This document shows positions 39,213 through 51,805 of a stretch of 64,000 nucleotides of DNA, piece by piece. Position 1 is the stretch's first letter, and each line of letters starts with the position of its first letter. This DNA is from Podarcis liolepis. Taxonomy: Eukaryota. The notes beneath the pieces were generated by a model. That model saw nothing but the letters and a program-made list of their open reading frames with translations. It did not search any database and was not told the DNA's origin. Location of the stretch: assembly GCA_965112155.1 (NCBI GenBank), contig OZ218108.1. One strand, 5' to 3'. The position numbers and the translations under genes are program-made.

Positions 39213-40089
39213 TCAATAGATGCAAAATCTTTCCAAGCTCTTTGTAACTGAATTCTGTTTGAAGGGGGAAACCAGAGATTAACACGTAGATCTGGGGAGA
39301 GCGAGGCGGGGGCAGAGACCCTCGAGCGTCACTTCAAAGTAGATTTCCAAAAAGAAGCGCCTATGCGTGTTGACAGTTGCCTGCTCCAAATACTGTAAGG
39401 GGCCACTCCTATACGTGTATGTTGAGAGTTCAGCGGGGCTTACTCCCGGTAAAGTGGGTCCCGGATTGCAGCCTAAATCACATTCGCAGCAAGAAAGGGC
39501 CCGCAGACCCACTCGGATCCCCAAATAGGATTGTTCGTGTTGTTTGCGTCCCATATACAACTCATGGGTTTAAAGCTGGGATCCCGCTTTCCTTCCATTT
39601 ATCAGTGATGGGATGGGAGGGTATAAGCCATCTAATCTATCGATCTATCATATTTAAAATTAAATAAACGTAAAGACGACCTTAATCACCCCCAGCCTCG
39701 CAACGGGATTTGTTCTGGTCCTTGAATGCACCCAAATCCGTGGGAGGCCCCATCATTTTGGAATGTGATCAACGTGCATGGTTGGAGCGAAGAATGGATT
39801 TAGGAGTGATCACAAGCCAGAAGGACAGGCGAGAGAAAAAACACCCACTTGACTCAGGAGGCTGCAGAACAGGCGGGAAATTCCTGTGGGGTAAAATGTG
39901 GAAAGTGTGTGTCGCGGGGCTGGGGGTGGGAGTTGAGCTCGGAGCAGGAAATCCATCCTGGGGATCTGCTGGTCCCCCTTCATTGGGGGAACTAAATTCG
40001 GAGTCCTTCTTCTGCAAGTGACTTAAAACTAAAATGAGGCGAAGGGATGAGAAAGTAGGACATTTCCCATGATCTTTACTAAGCTTTGG

Positions 40090-40920
40090 CTGAGGACGAT
40101 TAAGCCCGAACCTCGAGCAAGAGAGCAGGCTGGATATTTGGAGCCGGCAGGAGTTGTGCCTGTCCCGCCGCCAAGGCAGCCGCGGTGGTTTGGCCGGAGT
40201 CGCCACGAGAGCTGGCCGCGCCCGGGATGAAAAGGCCGGTGATCGCCTTCTTCCCCTTCAGAGCATCAAATGAGAATAATCTGGGGGAAGAAGGAGAGAA
40301 AAGCCCTCGCCTCTTCACCTCCCCGGCGAATGCGGGCTCTCTCAGCTGGAGGAGTAACATCTGACATTCCTACTCACAAGAGGGAAACTTCAAAAGAAGA
40401 GCAGGGAACTGGAGAGGGAGAAGCCAACAGGCGAATATTCACGGCGCGAAAGGGGACGGCTCTGGAGAGCTCAGGGCCAGCCTGCCTCATGTTCCCTCTG
40501 CCTCTGGCCCGGCTTCCTGGGGGAAAGGTCGCTCGCCTCGACGGCCGAGGTTTTGCTAGCCTCTCCATGAGAGGGTCGCCTGCCTCCCAGGCTCTCCCTG
40601 CAGCCCCGACATGCCTGGGTCTCTGTTGAAGTCAGGTGACGAGAACGACTTTCCCGGAAACGGGTCAGCAGCTCCCGGCTCGCCACTCCAGGCTGGACCC
40701 GCGAGGCTTGAAAGGAAAGGCCCTGCTTGGCTGGCGGGGGGGGGGAGAATTTTCACTCTTCCTTCCGCATAATCCCTTCTGCCCCCTCCCAAAAAGCCCA
40801 TCTCACGCCCATCGTCTAACTTTTGCTTTCGAATTCCCCCTGTGGGGGAACAGTAGAGCAGAGCTTCGACCCACCCAGTGCAATGTCTACGGCCCCTTCG
40901 GATCACCTCGACTGAACAAA
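40090..40920. promoter_or_regulatory. Intergenic CpG island
   Basis: GC-rich, CpG-dense segment. Confidence 0.65.
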
Positions 40921-41899
40921 GAGTAAAATATGAGAGATGTTTCTTTGCTTCTGCGTTTAATGAATTCCTTGAACGGGTTCCCTAGACCCAGAAGGAGCGC
41001 ACACCAGTCTTAATTTCGCCCCAGTTCCACCTGCGATTTACTCCTACTTAAGACAAGTTAAGAAGCATCTTGCAGGTAACATGGTATCTAACACCTTCAC
41101 GTGCAAGTGTTTGCAGGCTGGGTGCGCGCGCGGACCTCCTCTTTCTCCTCGACCTTTTTTGTTCTTTAAAAAAGTTTGGGCTTGTCCCTCAGTTATTAAC
41201 CAGTTGGTTAATTCACTTTCCGTTTCCTAAATATAGGTGCAGGGCTTTATCTTAAAAAGTTTGCTTTTGCATCCTAATTAATTCTTCTAACTAGGGGAAC
41301 CTTGAGAGCCCGTTAATTAGTAACGTCGATTTAACTCCTGTGCGACTTTCCTGATCTTTGGCACAAATCAGAGTAGCTTTTCTGCTAACAGAGAGATAGA
41401 CTAGAAAAGAGAGGATAAAGAAAGACATAATAGCTGCTTCATGGATCGCTGACCATGTGTTCATTCGGGCATCTCTATCTGCACATCTTAAAGCCACTTT
41501 AAAGGAAATCTGGAACCCTGGAACCCTCGGTTTAGTCCTGCTGAATCTCTCATTTCACCCTTGCTTTTCCTTAAAACTCAGTGTGTTAAAGAATCAGGAT
41601 CAGGTCTCCATGTTAATCTGCTACTTGGAAGCAAGTTGGGAGATAACGACTCAGTCCTTCAGCTTCCAAAGTGGGTGGGAAGTTATGATACGGGTGTTTT
41701 CTGAGCCTCCCAAGTTGGGCTGTTAAGATTTAGAAAATAGAGAAACCATGTCAGCCGCGGGAAGGTGTCCAAACTTTTACCAGGCTGGGGTGGGGGTACG
41801 AATTGGGAACCCCTTGACAGAGCAACTGAGGCTGTGACAGTCTCTCTGCCAGGGAACCCGAGAAAGCGGAGCGGAGCTGGGTTTGCGCCATCCACTCTC

Positions 41900-41920
41900 T
41901 GTAGCACCATGGACAGCTCC
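41900..41920 (+). promoter_or_regulatory. REST/NRSF binding site (RE1/NRSE)
   Basis: TGTAGCACCATGGACAGCTCC compared with consensus TTCAGCACCACGGACAGCGCC. Both half-sites (AGCACC, GGACAG) are intact with the canonical 2-bp spacer. Confidence 0.65.
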
Positions 41921-42272
41921 TAGTTCTGAGCTGCCCTCGCCCTAAACAAGCCTCTCCTTGCCTCGTTCAGCCCAAGCCTGGAGCAGGCTGCGGAAGACCT
42001 CGCTCTCAGAGACGACGTTTTTGTATCCTGAATCCCGCCTGCTCCGCGCTTCCTCTCATCTCCCTTGAAGCGGGGAGAGTTAACCATGCATTTATGCCCC
42101 CTACTCAGGACTTTCCACCTCATGTGCTCTTCTGGTCCGATTCCACTGCCCTGGTCTGATGCCACTGCCCGCAGGCCCCCGATTTCGTTTTCATCCTCGT
42201 CCTCTCCCTAAGCTCCTTCCGCCAAGATTCCCGCATTGCCCATCCTTGGTTTCCAGCTTTGCCCAGAACCAG

Positions 42273-42298
42273 ACCTCCTCCTCCTCCTCCTCCTCCTC

Positions 42299-42334
<36 letters not shown>
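42273..42334. repeat. (CCT)n(CT)n polypyrimidine microsatellite
   Basis: Seen directly. Confidence 0.95.
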
Positions 42335-42337
<3 letters not shown>

Positions 42338-45300
42338 GCGGGGATGCGTGCATGCCATTTCCCCCTTCCCATGCGATCTTCATCTTTCCCTTGGCTATAG
42401 AGGCGATACTGGTGGGGGCGGGGATCTGAGGTCCTCCTGGTTGGTTGCAAAGCAGATCCGCTTCCCTTCTTTGATGCGCGCCTACTCGATGCAACCCCAC
42501 TGACTGCCAGGCAGCTGGTTAATTGCAGCCTTGGGAGAGGCACCCCAGAGCCAGAGCCCTAAGAGCCTGGCAGCCCTCCCTTTCTCCCTCTCCACCCTCC
42601 CCGCTTTGCTAAAGGGTCGGCCAGTCTGCGCGTCTCAACCCCGTAACTTTACCTCCCTCCAACTTCCCCCTTCCAGACCCGCCACCTGCTGTGATCGTCG
42701 GGACTTTAAGCCCTCTCTCAGTCTCCGCATCCTTTAATTCAAGTTATGCGCAAGGAGAACGAGAGAGAGAGAGAGAGAGAAATAATCTCTCTTTTTTCTT
42801 CCTCTTTGATCACATCCCTGTCATTTTAGCAAACAACTTGCAGCCTTGCAAGCTTGTAAAGTCAAGCTATTTACTTGTTCGCTATTTAAATGCAACAAGA
42901 TGCTCTCTGCTCATTAAAATGTTCTCGCTCTGCCTTCTTTTGCTGAGAGATCCGATTCCTTCCCATTTGCTTCCCCGATCCGTCCAAAACTACAAAAAAG
43001 GGGTAAAGGGGGGGAGGAATGAGCAAGTTGGATAGCTAAGGATTTCCTGGCTTTCCCTTAATATAAATGCCCCCAGCCCCAGCTGAGCAACGACAGCGAG
43101 GAGTTACAGACCTCCCTGCTTTTGAGTTATTGGGGAGGAACGTACTGGAATGGCTTTGGGACATTAGGAAAGCAAAGTTATAGCTCAGTGCTCTTACTAA
43201 TATGAAATACTATTACGGATCATGAGCCAGATTCATGGAAACGGGTATTTAGATATCCACAACAGGGTTATTTGAGGGTTATTTTCCTCCCCTCAAATGA
43301 AAGAAACCGCTTGTGGAGAACATAGTTCGCTTATTAAAAGGGCTCGCTCCAACGTCCGAGTCAAATTATTCTGTTTTCAGGATCAACTTTGCCGGCAAGT
43401 TCACGAGGGAAACCTCGAACCCCCTTATCGTCATCACGACCCCTTATCCGTGTTACGATGGATTAAATGGAATCCCTTCTTCTCGACCCACCTGTAGTCG
43501 GTTCGGCTCACACACACGCGCACCACCGTTTTCACTGTTCTCTATAGAGCAGCTTCGTAGGGGGAATTCTGTTTTCTCTGCTTGATCTTCATTTGCACCC
43601 ACAAAAAGTCCAAGGAAAGGGTCCACTCACTCCCCCCAGCTAGCCAATCGGCCCTGGGTAGGCGGAGGGGGCCGCTTTCGTTTTTTGTAACAGGGAACCC
43701 CGAGGCAGAACGGTTAGGAATTAAACTTTCAGAGGAATAACCTGTTGCACGCTTCTGATTTGGGGAAACTGAAGATCACCGTGGTATTTTATTTTTATTT
43801 TTTTAATTCGTGGTATCTTCTATCTAACCAGGATATTTTATAGCGTGGATACTGATAGCTTTCTTATCAGTAATCGAATTGATTCCAGACCATAATTCAG
43901 ACATTGTTGTAGTGAGCAATGTTACTATAAACCAGTTTTGTATTATTGTTATTCTTATTCTTATTGACAACTAATTGGCCGAGTGAAAGTTAGATGTCTG
44001 CATATTTAAGAGGGGGGAGGATTTGTGTTTCGAGGTAGCTCACCTTCGGTATTAAATATTTGCTCCTTTCTTTGATCTATATTAGGATATTAGGTTTCTC
44101 CGGAGCGTGAGCCTCGCTGACTAACAAAAAATCCCTTTTGTCAATCCTGCATTAAACCTTCTCATCTCAGTTCTTACGAAATCCTCTTTCTTCTGGTAAT
44201 GTTGCTTTGTGTCTCCCCCACCTCCATTATTCTGAACATACATATCCTGAACATATCCTGAACAATTTAGCGAGTGCATGTCCGTGTTAGTAATCTTAAA
44301 AATAACTTTTAATGGGAGGCATATAGAAAATAATGGAATCTTAGAAAGGGGAAAGAGAAAAGGGACTAGAGATTGGGTGTCCAACATGAAAGCATTTTCA
44401 ATTATTTGCTCCTCAATTATTTTCCCCAGCTATGGTTTACCTTGTGATTATTTTCTTTTTTTCTTATTCGTGACATGCGTTGAAAAATATTACTCTCTCT
44501 CTCCTCCCCCCCCCCTTCTTACCTCTTGTAACCCTTCAAAGTCGTTTGAAATTACTTTTCTTGTCTTTTGGCCATTTGTCAACGTCAAAACTACCTGGGC
44601 TATCTAGTGAAATGAAAGTGTTTCGTGTATATCTTAGATATATGAAAGGATTCCTCAATAGAGTTTTCTGGAAATCAATAGACACCCATTAATGTCCTAA
44701 GTGCCTACTGGGTATTTTTTGGGGGGGAAATAGTCAGCTCCTTGGGTATAATATCCTGGGATAAAGTTGCAGGATCCTCATTACAGTCCACTGGGATAGC
44801 GGAGTTTGACAAAGAACATTTTCAAGAGTAATTACATTTAGGGAAGTTTTGAAAACATGGGGCTGCTACCAGATGCTGCTTCTGAGCTCTGTCTTGCTTC
44901 TGTCGCCTCTCTCCCACTGAATGATTGTGGATATATGCGTGTCATTTTCCTGTTTATCTATCTGTGCTCAAGCCTAAGTAATTTTTTTTTTTACTTTTAG
45001 CGTGCCACAGTATGTGAGTGTGAGTTTCTCTGTGTGTGAGCACGCACGCACAAATACATATATCACACATTTATTCGCTAGCATCCTTGTAATAATGGGT
45101 TCGACTTTCAGCCCCTACAAGACAAACTTTATTCTGTTCAATGGAAATGAACCTCAGATGTGCAGATGAACTCTATACACTTATTGAGTAGAAGCTACAC
45201 TCCGGCCCACCTTATTAACGATTATAATTGTGGCTCCCTGCTCACCAGGACCGGCTCTCTGAAAGAGGTTTCTTTCTGCTACTCTCTACTTCCCTTCATA

Positions 45301-48300
45301 CCCGCACGATGCTTAAGCTGACGACCCCAGAGCGTTCAGAGGAGGAGGCACATATCCTAAGACTAGGCAAGGCAACCCAGCTTCTTTCTCCATGGGCAGT
45401 TCTGCCTGGCCCACAAAAGACGGGAAAGAGCCTTGCCTGCTTTAAAGCACTGCTCTTTAGAGATCAACTGCTGAAAGAGATACCTGTGCGCTTTGAATTG
45501 CTTTAGGGGAGGGAGGGAGAGAATCAGAGCGAGGTTCTGCCGGCGCTGCACCTAAAACCGGAATGTCCCAGAAAGGTAGAGGATTCGTTCATGTTGGTGC
45601 AAAGTGAAGCCGTAACAAGAGCCAAACTCTGCAGCATTTAAGATTTCATTATCAGCTTTCTACCTTGGAAAACGAGACCCGTTTGCTTAACTTAATCCGG
45701 AACATATGTTTGCAACTGTAGCGCCGTGTGTGTGTGTCTGTGTGTTTCTCTGTGTGTGTGGTTTGAAGTTGATCAAGTTGTAAATTTTCCGCCTTAGGTT
45801 TTCAGCGCCTCCTAGTTACAGCCTAACACTTTGAGATTTTACAAAGGCTCTAACTAAAGGGGAGAAAATGAAATAACAACCATGTAATTTATCGAATGTT
45901 GCGAGTCGCAGCAAACCAGCCTATTTTTCTTCCCCTGTGGTAGTGATTGTTGTTAAAGACCTGCATTTCTGAGAAACTGAGCCAGAAAAGAGAATGCAAC
46001 AAAATGACTTCTGAAAAAGGAACGTCTTTAATATGCATTGCTGTTTTAACACTTAAGAATACGCTCTTCCTGTTTCTATAAACGTAACGATGATCACAAT
46101 AATAGTATTTGAAATCTGGAATTAATAATAAATTAAAAGTACTTTATACTCTAATACATGTACCTGTCAATACAAAACTTTCAGATTACTTTTTCTAAGG
46201 AGAGGAGGTTCCATATAATGAATCCCTAATCATATAATCAATAGAAACAACCGAGGCTTTTAAATTTCTAAACAGTTTTCTTACTTTAATGAAATGAATA
46301 AATTTAGAACACGGAAGGTAATTTTGCAGAATAAATTTAGACTGTAGGAGATACAGAAACAGACCCCCAGGCTTTACAAACCTTAAAAAAAAGATAAAAA
46401 GAGAACGTACATTTGATTTTGTGGCATTTTCACTTTAAATCGCTCATAATTGTTTTGATCTATTCATGAAAGAGTGACAAGGAGGCTAACTTAATACGAC
46501 CAGTTTCTATTTCTGGTGAAGCTAGATCTCATGTGCGTATTTACATTGCCTGCAACTAATGAAAACATGTATCAAATCTCCGGGTTGTGTGTTGCTTTTT
46601 TTTATTAGGTTTCCCCAAATACAAATTAGCTACATTTTGGTCCAGCCACCAAAAAGGAGGGAAATCATTAAGTAGATTACAACATGATTACAACATGAAT
46701 TGGCAGAGAGTAAAGACGCCATAGTTCAGATTTTGCTTGGAGGCTGCCTTTTATTTCAATCGGGATATTTATATGATGATTCTGTATGATTCTTAACATT
46801 ATTTAATAGCACTTTTTATTTTTTGCTGGAACTAAAGTGCGTTCCTCGCAGAACGAAGCGGGGGTAGGTAATCTGATTTATCTGGGGGAGGATATACGAA
46901 AAGGGGCCGTTTTAGCTCTGAATCGGAATGTATTGAGAGACACAGCGCCATCTAGCAAACAAACGGAGAATCAAAGGCGAGGAATCGGCGAGGCCCTTCG
47001 GGCAGTCATAGAAAAAGAGGGGGGGGGGGAGAGAGAGAGAAGCGAGAGAGAGACTGAGCAGGAAACTTACACTGCCTCGTCAGTTTCACCTGAGCAGAGC
47101 TCCCCCCTCCCCCCCAGCAGACAATCCGCACTCCGTTCAGTGTTTCGCAGGGCTCTGCCCTTTCCCTCCCTGCTTCTGAAAGAGCAACTCGGCTCCGTGT
47201 CGTTTGCGCTTCGCTTCTGAGTATTAGGACAGGCAGGTTTCCCTTAATCAAGGTCAGATATTACTAGCACTATCTGGTCCCTGGGATGTATACAACCGAG
47301 GTACACGCACCTGCCAGGCGCTTAATAACTTTTTCTCTGCTCGTTATCTCCAGCTCTCGTTTTTAGGGATGGGGAAAGAGTGAGAGAAGACAATTGAGCA
47401 GTACAGAAAGGACAAAAGTCACCAGGTCCCCTGACTGTTCTATCCTTGCATCTCCACTACACCCCAGTATAGCCAAGGTGGTTGGTGGCTGCTTGCTTGC
47501 TTTGCTGGTCCGGTGAAATGCAGGCGTTTAAACGCTCCGTGAAATAGATGTAATATATTTTCACAAACTTAAGATGCCAGGCGGTGGCCACGTCGCTCAA
47601 TGGAAGCAACGCCCTTCCTTTCGAAGGACTACAAAACAAAGGCAGGGCATATTCCATTCTCGTAATCTTTGCTGTTCGATTAATCTTCTATGGCTTTCTT
47701 TCTTTTTTTAAAAAAAGGATGGTGGAGGGAGAGGAAAGGGTGTGTGGGGGGGGGGAGCAGAGAGAATAAACCAAATAATCCACCTCTGGGTATTTGCAAG
47801 CCATGTTTACATTAGTTCTGCAAAATTAAACAAAGACACCAAATGACTGTGAGGAAGAGAAATTGTTGCCACTCTGCAAGCGCGCGGAAGGCTCTCTAAT
47901 AAAGGGAGAGTCATTATCGAGGCTTCGTGGAAATCGTCGCGGGTTAGGAAGAGGCGACTAAGACAAATAAGGCGCACCTTTGCCTTCACAGCTCTTTATT
48001 GCCACCTGCTCGAGAAATGTTCCTGCGGAGTATCAGAAGCCCAAATGTCACCCGTCGCTCTTGTGCTGTTGTTGTGAAGTGTCTGGGCTGTGAAAGATTG
48101 TCTCCAGATGCGCCCACCCTTCAGAACAGGCTTCTGGCGCCCACTCGCCTTTCAACTGGCCAAGCATCTTTCGACATTCCCCTTTTAGAAGCCCAGTATT
48201 CAACATCTCAGCTAACCTTGCATCCTTCCCAAAAAAACCTCCCCACCCACCTCTCCCTGGCCATTCAGATCCTTGAGATTAACATGGCTTGAAACTAACA

Positions 48301-48904
48301 GGGGTCTCAGAACGTGTCCGTCGTAACAACCACAAGGGTCCGATCCACCAGCTCCCTGCTTGCCTAACTCCCTGAAGAGTTTTTTTCCCCCGAGGTCTGA
48401 GCTTTCCGTTCTGTGAGATCCGTGGGAAATACGGGGCAGAATGGTGGCCACTGAAATCAGCTCTGTCTCCTTCGGGCTCTGTCCAGCTCTTGAAGTTCCT
48501 TGGCAAAAAGGAGAACTATATTGGGGGAGCGGGGTGTGTGTAGGGCAGGGAGAAGGCTGCTCTCTTTGGGTGGTTTCATCTCTATCGCCTGTTCTCGTCC
48601 AGATTTTCTTACCCATGAAACCTGCTCCGTGGTGGGGTTCCCCAGCTGTTTAAATGAACATTGATTTATTGCGTTTAAAAGTAAATTTACACACACGCCA
48701 ACATCATTCCGTTTTGTTTCCCCAGACCCTAAGATTTATTTTCTGCTTAGCGCTTGTCTGACAAAACAATGTCCTTTAACTTTATTACACATCGATGAGG
48801 AAATCTGTCTTATTTCCCCCCTGCTTGGATTTATTGCTCTTGTTACCTGGTTTGTTGAGGAAGGGATGGGTGGAGAGAAGGCTGTGGAAAGCGGGGAAAT
48901 TACG

Positions 48905-48905
48905 A

Positions 48906-48957
<52 letters not shown>

Positions 48958-48967
48958 AGAAAGAAAG
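48905..48967. repeat. (AAAG)n microsatellite
   Basis: Seen directly. Confidence 0.95.
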
Positions 48968-49670
48968 GCTGACTTGAAGAAATATAGGCGCACCTCGCAG
49001 GTCCCGGGCTTTGGGAAAAGGGAGCAGGGCGGAAGAGCAGGAAAATACTAATTTTCACAAATTAGAATGTTCGAGTGATTTGTTTTAAGAGACACAAAGC
49101 TCCCTTCATCTGCTAGAAGGCCTGATGCTCTTTGCACAAAATCTTTTGCAACAGATCCATTACTGAGAAGCAAAAATATAATACAACAAAACAAACAAAG
49201 CAAAATAAAAAATAATCCTACCACTCTGACTTACCTCTGCGCAGTAAAGTCCCAATTACCCAGCCTATGGGATGGTTGCTCTCAGGGGATTGAGCTGCAC
49301 TTTGAAACAGTCTTTACGGTACACTTCATCTACGTTTTTGTTGTCTTTAGTTCTCATTAAAAGGCCACTTTATTCTTTTCACTGATATACTGTCTGTGTT
49401 CTTCATTTCACACTCTTGAAAGCAAAGTTCTTACAACTTATCAGGGAAGAAGGGCTCCGAGGCTCTTTGGGGTGGGGTGGGGATGAAGCTAGAGGGGATG
49501 AGAAAGAGAGGCAGGAGAGGGAAATCCGTGGACAGGAATTTTAAAGAATTTTTTTGAACACACACAGAGAGAGACAAACAAGAGAGGTTGCTGAGGCAAT
49601 GTGCTATTTCAGGGGTGTTGGTGGAAAAATTGAAAAGGGCTATCGGGCAGTCATACAGCGTTAGCCAGAC

Positions 49671-49672
<2 letters not shown>

Positions 49673-49705
<33 letters not shown>
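49673..49705. repeat. (GT)n microsatellite
   Basis: Seen directly. Confidence 0.95.
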
Positions 49706-49707
<2 letters not shown>

Positions 49708-51747
49708 CCTGGCCTTATTCCGACTCCCCTACTCCTCCCCCCAACCTGATTTATCACAGAGGCGTCTAATAATCACTTTGGAGATGTCAACTGAGGACTG
49801 TCCCTTTGCAAGGCGAAAGTGAAGGTGTAAGGAAGGGTGGGGGTTGCTATCCTCATCAGTCGGAGCAATTCTTTCTAGAGGGTCTTCCATAAATGCACTA
49901 CCTTTCAGGTCAGGCCAGACCCCCCGGGCTCCGAGAGCCGCTCCACCCGCCTTTCCCACTTGTTGTCCAGACCGGCGAAAGAAACCCAAAGCGTTTATTT
50001 GGAAGAATCTCTTACCGAGCCAGAAAGAGGGTAGTAGGGTCAATCAGCTACATCGGTCTAAATCGATCTCGAATCAATATCGATCTCGAATCGATAAGAC
50101 CTTTTTCCTATACGCGCGTGCGTGTGCCCAGATAGCGTATACACGGCTCTAAGAATGCACCCAGGATCCGACCCGAAGTGGAGCCAAAGAAGAAAAGGGG
50201 GCAAGGCTCTTGAGCATCCCTCTATTCATATTAGCAGCATTTCTTTCTGCTTGCCCTTTGAATGGGGCCGTGTCACTCAGAGAACTAAGGGCCATTTCTT
50301 TAATCTCTCTCCTCTGCCCTCACAGATCGACAGCCTTTCTCCCCACTCCCTGCTCCCCCCATGCCCCCCTCCCTTCAGGGCACAAGATCCCCGTCCAGCT
50401 AGGCTCAGGCCGTCGCCGCTGCCTTCAGTGGAAGATCATAAGCCGGGCCACGTCCCCTGGTCTCCGACGGGATAGACCCCGGGGCTCCTGGAGAGCCGTG
50501 CGGCCCCCTGGGCACCCCCACCCCTCACTGGAGCCATGCCCTAAAGAAATGGAGGGTCTAGGTTTGGTGATGAATTAGTCTTTTGGGGAGTGGGATGATT
50601 TTTCTTAATTCAATCTGGCATCTTAAAGAAAGGCTGGAATGCCCCAGTATACCTATTTGTGGATTAGAAAACTGCATGGAGACGTTTTCAAATCGAACCG
50701 ACGTTCTATGGATTCGAATTAGGATGGATCTTTTCTTTCCCCCCCTTTTTTTTATCTACCCAGTTCTGCCACAGTGGTGAACCAGAGGGAATTAAGCCCT
50801 CTTCAAGTCCAAAGGCTTGGATTCCTCTTCGAGGAGGCTCGGGCTACAGATGGCTCAGGGGCGCTCAACCAGCTTCATAGCAGCCAGCAAAGACTACGAA
50901 CTAGCTGCTGCCATACGTGTGTGTGCGCGTGTGCTGGGGGTATTTTTAGAGTTGGAGTAGCCACTCCACCAGGCAAACGGAGAAATGGTTCAAGGCGAGA
51001 TCTCTACTGCTGCCCTCCTTTACTCACAAGCAAGCCCGCCCGCCCGCCTGCCTCAAATTGCATGAGGCTTAATCCCAAGGAACCGTGCACAGGCGGCCTG
51101 TATTCAAGGGAGAGCCATTTTGCAAGGGGCACCCGCGGTACTGCTCTGGCATGATGCGCGTGACCAGCTGCCTCCTCATCCCAGCGATCTCCGATCCAAA
51201 TGCACACGTTCTTTCCAAGCGGATGGAGAGAAATACATAACCGGGTTGAGGGCGCATGCCTTACACCACCGCCGCCAATAAGCCAGGGGCCTGTTTCTCT
51301 CTCTCTCTGCCCTCCGAGGTACTATTGAGAGAAGGTCAGCCCCCCCCCTGCTCGATCCTCGCCCAGATTAAGCCGCAGTAGTTCCCTGCCAGCTGATTTC
51401 CCACCCCACTCAGAGACACCTCTGACTTAACTCAGGGATTTGTGAGAAATGTAAGTAAAAGGGCATCGGACTGGGATGTCAGGCGCCCTGGGCCCCAGGA
51501 AATTCGAGTGGGTAGCAGATTGAATAAATGCCGGCATTACCGAATTGTGGGCAGGTTTGGGGGGGAAAGGTGAGAGGAACGATCTGAGGGTGGGGGCAAA
51601 CGGTCGATTCACCCACAGAATCCGACATGTTATTTTCTCTTTGCAGCAATAATAAATAGGCACTAATGAACCGAGGTACTAACTGTGTCCCCTAAGAGGG
51701 CGAAGCTCCAGGCGCAAAGATGACTGCCCGTTGCAAATGGTGAACAA

Positions 51748-51760
51748 ACACGTGCGCGCG

Positions 51761-51802
<42 letters not shown>
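51748..51802. repeat. (GC)8(AC)n alternating purine-pyrimidine tract
   Basis: Seen directly. Confidence 0.95.
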
Positions 51803-51805
<3 letters not shown>

